From Camelus dromedarius (lineage: Eukaryota): 64,000 nt of DNA. The DNA is taken from assembly GCF_036321535.1 (NCBI RefSeq), contig NC_087447.1:38070001-38134000 (forward strand). Reading direction: 5' to 3'. Below the pieces are notes generated by a model. The model was not told where the DNA came from and did no database searches. It saw only the letters and a program-made list of their open reading frames with translations. The translations under genes and the position numbers were made by a program. The first letter of the stretch is position 1. Every line of letters starts with the position of its first letter. This document shows positions 55,051 to 64,000 of the stretch, piece by piece.

Positions 55051-57514
55051 TGACAATTATTTTATAATTATTAAAATTATTTTATAATTTTACAGTTTCT
55101 AGTTCTTTCTTTATATTCTTTCTTTGGCGAGACATTGTCATACTTTCCTTAAATACATTATATATGGTTTCGTCAAGTTCTTTAAACATAGTAATGGTAG
55201 CAAATTTAAAGTCACTGCCAAATCCAAAATCCAAGCCCCTTCAGGGAAATTTTCTGATGACTGTTTTTCAGTGTCTACATGGCAAAAAAATTTCTTGTTT
55301 CTTTGCATGCTTCACAACTTTTTTGTTGAAAACTTGACATTTTAGGTAATATATTGTAATAATTCTAGTATCAGATCTCTCTCTCCCCCAAGGTTTCTGT
55401 TGCTGGTTTTGTGTTTGTTCATTTTCTTATTTCTGATTACTCATTGAGTGATTTATGTAGATTTTGTTTTCTCTAAGGTGTATAGCCACTGAGTTCTCTG
55501 CTGCCTTTTTTTTCACCCCCTCTATGATTTAAGCTTGACTTCTTAGAAGTCACCCTTGGGTCAGTATAATTTAGATGAGACAGATTTCTTTAAATGTCTT
55601 GCCTATATGTCATCTGTAGATGAGAATCTGTTTGAAAAGATACAACTTCAAACTTCCAGGCAGTTTATAAGTCAGCCTTAGCTTTTACTTCCTGCTTATG
55701 CAGGATCTCAAGATCAGTTACAGGTCCAGTGACCAGGACCTTCTCCTTTCCCAGACCTTTCCTGGGCATGTGCACAGCCTTACACATGTGCTCAGCCTAG
55801 TAGATATTCAGGAACATGTCAGAGCTTTCCAATTTCCCATGATCACCTAGTATTCAGGATTTCCTTTTAAATTCCCAGTCAGCCCTTGTTTGCCCCAACT
55901 GAAATCACAGCCTTACACATTCACAGTGTTGCTTGGCATAGGGTGTGGGGGATTTTTTGTTTGTTTTGGAGGGGAGCTGAGCTCTGAATCAAATCAAATA
56001 TCCACAGCACCTTGGGATTAGAGGTTTTCCAGGGAGCTGTAAGTTTGCACAAAACATTTACTGTACTCTCAGGATGTTGCTTTTAATGCAGTTTCAAAAG
56101 AAGTCAGGCTCTCTGATGGCTGCAAAGGTACTGGCTCTTAGCTATAGCACCACTAAACCAAGGAGAGAGAGGGAATGGGAACTGCCCCCAATAAAAATGT
56201 CACAGAACCCACTGTCTTACCAAGGTTCGTAGTATCCCTTGTATAGATAACTTCTAGTATGTTCTCTGGCTTTTGCTAACTTCCAGAATTCTGAAATGGT
56301 TTCATTTTTTCCCCTATTTCTTGTTGTTTTAGCAGAAGAGCAAGTTTACTGAGATCTTCTCTCTGCCATTACAGAAGTTAATATCTATTGATGATTTTTG
56401 AAGCTTATTGAGACTTATTTTATAGCACAGCAAATGGTCTATTTTGGATTAATCTTATGTGCGTCCTTGTAAGAAACACTGTGTCTTACAATGTTATGAG
56501 TGCAGTGTTTTATAGTCAAGTAGGACAAGTCAGTTAAATCATGTTGTTCTCATCTTCCATACAGCTATACTAATACTTTGGTTTGCTTAATTCTACTAGG
56601 TAATGAGAGTGGTGAGTTAAACTCTCTAAATACAAATATGGATTTGTCTTTCTCTCCCTTTAGTTCTGTCAATTTTTGGTACCTATCTGTGTCCTTATAT
56701 TTAGAGTGTGCCTTTTGTAAAGGGCATATACTTGAGTCTTGTGTTGTTAATTTTCTGACAATCTGTATCTTTTAATTGGCGTGTATTTTCAATTTTTCAA
56801 TCTTTTGTTGAAAACTGGACATTTTCGGTAATATACTGTGACAGCTCTGGTCAGCTCCCTGGTGCCCCGCCCCTACCAACCACCCCGCTAAGGTATATAT
56901 TTAATATAGTTTGCTTAATCCACCATCTTGCTATCTCTTTTTTAGTTGTTCCTTACGTTTGTTTCTTATTTTCTCTTTTCTTGGATTATTTGGGAGTATT
57001 TTTGTAATCATGCCATTTTACCTTTTATGTTAGTTCTTTACTTGTTACCCTGAATTTTACAGTGTGCATCTTTGAAGTATTAGTTTCTTTTAAATTAGAA
57101 ATTTTTAGTACTTTTCAATCATTGCTAGTACATTGGAAGTTTAAATCCATTTACCACTTTCCTATCCTTTGTGTCATTGTTACTATATATTTGACCGTCA
57201 TACATTATGCAAAAGTCGTTGTTTTTAATCATCAGTATTCTCTCATTTGCAGCCACATATTAGGCCCACCAGTGCTTTTCAGTCATTCCTGCAGATCCAT
57301 GCTTCATTCTGGATCGTGTCCCTCCTACCTAAGGATCTTCCTTTGCTGAATCTTAGTAATGAGAGTCTATTAGCAATGATTTCTACCAGCTTTTATTTGT
57401 ATGGAAAAAAAAATGCTATTTCACCTTAATTTTTAAACAATATTTTCACTGGATAAGGAATTCCATGTTGGCAATTTTTGTTTTTGCAATACCTTAAATA
57501 TACCATTCCATTGT

Positions 57515-57722
57515 TTTTGGTGATTACAGTTAATAATACTGTATTGCATATTTGAAAGTTGCTAAGAGAATAGATCTTAAAAGCTCTCACCACACACAAA
57601 AAAATTTGTAACTATATGCTGACAGATGTTAACTAGACTTATTATAGTAATCATGTCACAATGTATACAAGTATCAAGTCATTTTGTTGTACGCCTAAAA
57701 TACAACGTTTTGTCTATTATCT
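57515..57722 (+). mobile_element. LINE-1 3' UTR fragment
   Basis: ATACTGTATTGCATATTTGAAAGTTGCTAAGAGAATAGATCTTAAAAG motif. Confidence 0.75.
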
Positions 57723-58121
57723 CCCCCTGCCCTGTGACCAGACTGATAGAAATTCTGTAAGAATGACTTACTAGGATATAGGATATACTCAGGATTTTTT
57801 TCTACTCTCATATTAAGACTTTTTTTTCCCTCCACAATTACCATGCTACAAAAGAATACCCTTTCCCGAGGGTTCTCCCTTGCTCTGGGTCTGCAGTTAT
57901 TCAGGTTAAATAGTTCTGTATTTTATCCCTGAATCCCTAGTGCCTAACAAAATATCTAATACACAGTAGATGTTCAAATATTAACAAATGTGTGAGCAAA
58001 AATGGTCAACTAATAGCCAACCCAAACTGCTTAGTTATGTTAAATTACAACACATGAAATGGATCCAAAATTAGATATAAAAGGTTTGCACTACCATATA
58101 CTTTGAGACCTCCTATATTTA

Positions 58122-58343
<222 letters not shown>

Positions 58344-58388
58344 TTACACATTTAATTTAGACATCTACCTTGTGCCTAAGGAGTAAAG

Positions 58389-58610
58389 CAGGAGTCAGAA
58401 AACTTTTCTGTAAAGAACTAAGTAGTAAATACTTTGGGCTTTGCAGGTCATAAGGTCTCTGTTGCAATTACTCAGCTCTGCCATTGCAAAACAAAAACTG
58501 ACATAAACAATAATAAGCAAAAGAATATGACTATGTTTCAATATAATTTTATTGACAAAAACAGGTTATGGGCCACACTAGGTCCACAGGCTGTAATGTG
58601 CTGAACCCTG
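58389..58610. mobile_element. MER58A-like hAT MITE
   Basis: CAGGAGTCAGAAAACTTTTCTGTAAAG...GGTCTCTGTTGCAATTACTCAGCTCTGCC...GAACCCTG. Confidence 0.82.
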
Positions 58611-58617
58611 ACATGAA

Positions 58618-58775
58618 GCAGGTTTTCAGTACCACCTGGAGGGCTTCTTACACCACAGTTGCTAGTCCCACCCCCAGGATTTCTGGTTCAGAAGGTCTGG
58701 GGTAGGGGTAGATAGAGAATCCGTGTTTCCAGCAAGTACTTAGGTGGTCCAGGGACCTCACTGAGAATTGCTGGC
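58618..58775. mobile_element. MER5A-like hAT MITE
   Basis: CACCTGGAGGGCTT...GGTCTGGGGTAGGG...GGTCCAGGGACC. Confidence 0.65.
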
Positions 58776-61700
58776 CTTAAACATACAGTTTTTCACTGTC
58801 CTCACATCACCTCCTCACATATATTGATTACCCATTAAAACAGTCATATCCTCTAACTGAAATACTTATTATTGGTTTCAGGGTTCTTATGAAGGAATTC
58901 AATATAGGCAAGCAATCACAGTACACCAGTTGATACCTAAAATGCATTTTAGGATTATATATTTTAAAACTTCTGGCCCAGCACCACACATATAGTACTT
59001 CCTCTCTTAGACAGTCACTAGCCTGTTTTCTTCTGTTGGTGGACTCCTGATGCGGTCACTTTGCCACAGGATCGAGGACAAATCTGGATTCTCTATTTTT
59101 CACTCAGTATTTTATTAGTGTAGGCTAGGTTCTCAGTAATCTTTCCCCCAATCCCATCTTCTCTGCACTTCCACACCCCATTACTCAAGGAAGATCTATT
59201 TTTCTGTGGCCTAGGAGGGTTTTGTTCATGTCTCTTATTATAATATTTACACAAACTATATTATAATTTCACTGCTTACGGACTGCTTTCCCTCATGAAC
59301 TTGTGAATTCCCTCAGGGGCTATAAGACACACTTCTACATTCACAGTGGATATTGCACAGTGCCTGGTAAAGGTGTTCAACAGATGTATTTTTGGGTCCT
59401 ATTCTCACTTTTCTAGAGAACGGATCTTTTCTGCTCCCCCCGTTTTGAGTGAATGGACTCTTTCGCTAACTCCTGCTTCGAGGCTCTTCTTGGGCCTTTT
59501 CTAGAAATCTAGTTTGTTTTGTAACCCCATGAGAGGAAAAAATTCTGTATTGCAAAGAGAAGGCATGTAAAACCAGTTGGCAACCACTTAATATCAATAG
59601 AGAAGTTCTAAGGAACAAAAATTATAACAATAATAGCACTATTTTGAGTACTATGTGTCATCCATTGTTTTAGGTACTTTACACAGTTCATCTCTTTCAG
59701 TCATCTGAACAACTCTATTGTTGGATAAGAAAACTGAGGCCTCAAGAGGCTAAGTAATGTTCCCAAATTCACACCACCAGCATTCACTGTGGCAGAGCTA
59801 AAATTCAACTTTGAATTTCTCTGACTCTAAATTTTTCTAACTCTAAAGTATATGCTTTTTCCCCAAGACAATTCTGATGCTATCTTTGGGTGTTTCTCCA
59901 TCTGTAAAATTACAGATTTAAAGAATAAAGGACTTCTAAGATAACATCTAGTCTTTAGATTCTACAGTATTTTTTGCTCAAGCTAGTAGTAATAATAATT
60001 TGTTGGCAATGTTACAAAAAGAGGCAATATGTAAATAATACCACTCAGTAAACTCATCTCCCTACCAACGTTCAGTCATTCTTTGTATTCGAGTGCTCAC
60101 TGCCTACACACGGAGCAGGAGAGACAGGGAAGGAAGAGCAGCAATGCCCCCCAGGGCAGCAACCAGAGAGAAGAATCATTGGACTCGACCAAACTCTTAC
60201 TTCTGATGAATATTCAAAACAAAAACAGGGTTTTCTCCTTCAGAGAAGAGACCCAAAGCACTGCTCCAGTCTTCTACATTAATCCAGGGTCTGTTAAACA
60301 GTTGTTTAGAATTGAAAGGTACAGGTCAAATTATAGGTTTTCAGCTCAGTTCCAGAATCATCTCATTAATTCCTAGCCTAAAACCAGATAAATACACAAA
60401 CCAAAGAGATTACATAAAACAATACTGAAAAAAGCAGAGCAAGGTAGGGTAGGAATCCCAGTGATTATTAGTAATTGGTAGGAAGGTGACTGAAGTCAGA
60501 CTTGGCAATCAGTCTTCAAACCCACATGCACAAACTTTACAAGAGATGTCAAATGTTATGGTCAGAGTTAAGCCATACGTTAAGAGCTGATTTCTAGACA
60601 ATCAATGCAAATTACCTTGACAAGATTTGTATCACCTCAATTTCTTTTTTTTAAGTAGCTGTATAAACTTGTCAGCTGTATGATGTCCAGATTTACAGAG
60701 CTGTTCTCTTAACAGAGTGGGATATTGCCATGAGCCCTCTTGAATCTCTGCAGTTCAAGTAAGGTCCAGTCATTGGTATAAATCTCTAATAAATTATAAG
60801 ATACAGAATTGAAAAGTTGGTTCCCAAGTACATTATTTAGGGGAAATACTATTGCCAGGCAACAAGTTATTAGATTTAATTACAGAGCACTTATGATGAT
60901 GAACGATGAATCAAGAGAACAGGTTAAAGGCAAGCCTCTTCAGTGTGCGAGTAGCTATAGTTGATAGCCCTCTGAGTTTGGGGATACAATTTGCCTGTAT
61001 TTCCCCAGGGAAAGTCTGTTCAAAGGGAATGAGCTGTGAGTTCTGCATATGTGGTATTTCTTCACAGAGAGGGTCTGGGTCCTAGCAGCCAGCTCATGGA
61101 CAGCAGGTTAGCCATTCTTTTAGCCCTAGATACTAACACTGTAACTGGGTAATTCAATTGTCAGTCCAACCCGGAAAAGCATTATTCAACCCTTCCTGGA
61201 ATTTCCTGCCCAGCAAAACTTCATCCTAAAACTTGAGCAGAAGGCAGCATCAACTGTCATAAGCCAATATGGACATTACACCCCTGCAGAGGACACTTGT
61301 TAAGCAGCTATTTATCTTCAAAGACCCATTTAAATGTAACCCCAAATTCTTCACAGTAATCAGGCAGGCCTCAGAAGGGCAGTAAAGACTAACACAACAT
61401 AGAAAACAAAAACTGCCATAAAAGAAGAAAAGAAATGGTGTTAAGGAGATTCAGAGGTGAAACAGATTACCTTTCCTTGGAAACCAAAGGAGGGGGATGT
61501 CAGGGTGCTACTCTTTAAGCAGTGACATCAGCTTATTTTTTAAAGATATATAGAAGTAAGTGTGAAAAGCTCTATTCCAGATAGAGGGAACAACTAAAAA
61601 GGGGGACAGGTGTGCAGAGGGAATATCAAACAGTTAATCTTGACTGGAGTTTCAGATAAATAAAGGTGATACTAGAGGGGTATTTTGACGTTGTAAAGTT

Positions 61701-62849
61701 ATGGGCCTCAATTAAAATCTCGAGGCCTCTAAGAGATGAGCAGTGATAAACTCTTAAGAGTAGGTAGCTGTTCAAGCAGGAGTAACTCTTCTTCCTTGTG
61801 GTTTTCCTCCTTTGGAATCCTCTTAATCTTAGCTATCGTAAGGTTTATAATAGCTCACTTTTTTCTCCAGGCAAAGCATAAAGAAAAGCAAAATTAAATC
61901 TTATATTATGCTTTATACAAATGAGGTAGGCTGAAAAATATTATTGAGCTTAATTTTCAAATGGAGTGAAACTAGAAACAAAATCATGGGAGAACTTCAA
62001 GAAAGAGTCTAATGCAAGTTATATGCCTGTGGTTTTCACCTAGAGAGCTTTCCAAATCATTTTTCTATTCTTATTCTTTATAAAACTGCTCATCTCTGTT
62101 TGTTTAATTTTTCCAAGTAAGGGTGTAGCTTTGTCATGAGGGAGTAACAGAGTTTTGAATCCCAGGCTAGGAATTTGGGCAGTGTTCCACAGGCATTGAT
62201 AAATGTCCAAAAACTTAATGACAGAAAAACTATATAATAAAAGTTTTGTTTAAGGAAGATTTCTGGTGGAAGATGGATCAGGCAGTGAAGGATATTAGAA
62301 ATAAGAAGGATAATTCAACAACCCAGGTAAGGAATAATGAAAGCATGAAACAGTATAGGCAAACTGATAAAGGGGGAAAAAAGAAGAGAGAGGAAAAGAG
62401 GTTCAGAGACAGACTTGACAACTGATATCTGCAGAGTAAGGTAACAGGATGCAAAGATAACACCAAGTTTTCTAGGTAAATCAATTTTGTAAGCAACCAC
62501 AAAACTAGAAGATAGAAGCATAAGGACAGAACAATAGTAGTAATGGATAGAAAAGCAGCTGGGGGGATGAGAAATTTGGTTTCAGACATAGTTTCAGGGA
62601 GCAAGAGATTCAATACTGAAATCACACAATATTGAAACCACAGTCCGGGCCATTTAAAATTACAGTCAGAGAAGCTATCATCAGAATCCAAAGCTGCATT
62701 CATATCAAATCTAGGATATGTGATCTCCCTTCCGGAAGACTCAAATAAATTCACAATGAATGCCTCATGATTCCAGAGTTATAAGCCTATTTGTTTTGTG
62801 CTACTAAAGCCTAAAGAATCCTGAACAAAATGTCACCATACATTAAAGG

Positions 62850-63072
62850 CCTATAGTTATGCTGTCTAATATGGTTGCTGTTTGTCTATATGATCGTCGT
62901 ATATGGCTCTTTATATTTTAATTAAGTAAAATTAAATCAGATTTAAATAAAGTTCCTTAGTCTTACTAGACACATTTCAAGTGATCAATAGCCACTTGTA
63001 GCTAGGGACGACCAAATTGGATGTACAGATACAAAATGTTCCCACCATAGAAATTCTACTGGACAGCACTGA
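62850..63072. mobile_element. MER3/MER33-like hAT MITE
   Basis: GCTGTCTAATATGG...CACATTTCAAGTG.TCAATAGCCAC...TACTGGACAGCACTG. Confidence 0.7.
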
Positions 63073-64000
63073 TCTAGAGACTTGGATTTCAAAAGGAAGA
63101 GTGGTTTCAAGTGCTTCACACATTCCCATTTACTCTATGTTCAAAGTACACTTAGAAATATATTAGCGAGAGGCTCCAGCTTCTGCACACTAGAAAAATT
63201 TCTTCTAGCCTTCTCTCTTTAAAGTAGATGTTTCATATTACTACCAATTACTTTATTCTCTAAGTTTCTAAATCTTTCATGAGGCATATAGTTTTGTTTT
63301 AATCAGTGTTAAGTAAATACGTTGAATCTGCCTATATTTACTTTTAACTCAGAGATCTGTTCACATAAAGATTAGTTTTCCTTGGACCATGCTTCTATTT
63401 TAATATCAGTCGTGCAAGGCAGCAGGATAAAAATAACCTTAACTCAATGTATTAAATGTTTCTTTAATTTTAAATGTGTTGCTGTTACATCAGTGTGATG
63501 GGAAGTTGAAAAAATAAAATCATTTTCATCATTCTTCTTAAGCCCAAAAATATTCTCAAGATGATGTATCCCATGGTTAAGAAATATGACTGAAAATGTC
63601 ATATTTTCAGTTCCTCACGTCATTTACTTTGTCATATCCTGCTTCCATTAAGAAAAAATCGACAACAACAACAAAAACAGAAATGTTATCATGTTTAGGC
63701 TCTGGGCAAGCTTTGGAATAAAGCTCACTTTCCTGTAATATTCTCTTCATACTTGCATCTATTCCTGTTTTATGTATCATTTCACTCAGTTTTTCCTTTA
63801 AAAATACTTGCACGTATTATAGAAGATTCAAACTACTTACAGAAGAATCTGGAAAATTCCAATTATCTGATCATATTTCATATATTAGAAGTTAGCACAA
63901 ATTTTAACAGATAAGAAGCTATGATACAACCCTGCCACCTACTGTTCCAAATGTGTAACTACACAGCTCAAGCTGAACAAAGTACAGCACATGCTCAGTG

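Noticed and set aside
55321..56839. Near-duplicate of about 37 bp, TTTTGTTGAAAACT(T/G)GACATTTT(A/C)GGTAATATA, at 55321 and 56803
   Set aside because: Both copies lie in decayed L1-like sequence and probably reflect two fragments of the same old repeat family
62278..62754. 158-aa hydrophobic ORF on the minus strand
   Set aside because: Non-ATG start, Leu/Phe/Ser bias from a purine-rich opposite strand, no recognisable homology or fit to the PDE3B exon chain
63607..63813. 68-aa ORF on the PDE3B strand as a possible exon 4
   Set aside because: Does not resemble the PDE3B sequence expected upstream of SQGCYLNG; exon 4 appears to lie beyond the window

Overview
Mammalian genomic DNA. The tRNA-derived SINEs of Vic-1 type suggest a camelid. 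The window holds the 3' half of PDE3B (cGMP-inhibited phosphodiesterase 3B) on the minus strand: 12 coding exons (exons 5-16 by human numbering from memory, 58251 down to the stop at 19207) that splice at GT-AG sites into one open frame with the whole catalytic domain. A long 3' UTR and about 16 kb of repeat-rich DNA follow (L1, ERV/MaLR LTRs, a near full-length hAT-Charlie transposon, SINEs). The most interesting material is intronic and is missed or misread by the ORF track. (1) Intron 10 carries a full-length NDUFB1 retrocopy with an unbroken 58-codon frame but a GTG start. (2) Intron 7 carries a composite insertion: an internally deleted PTGES2 retrocopy whose 5' part holds a CpG-dense degenerate repeat and a new 201-codon ATG-initiated ORF, next to a second poly(A)-tailed mRNA-like fragment that is itself split by a solo LTR. 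All three retrocopies lie in the same orientation as PDE3B. No prokaryotic-type system (CRISPR, operons) is present. Gene and repeat-family names come from recognition by eye, not database searches.
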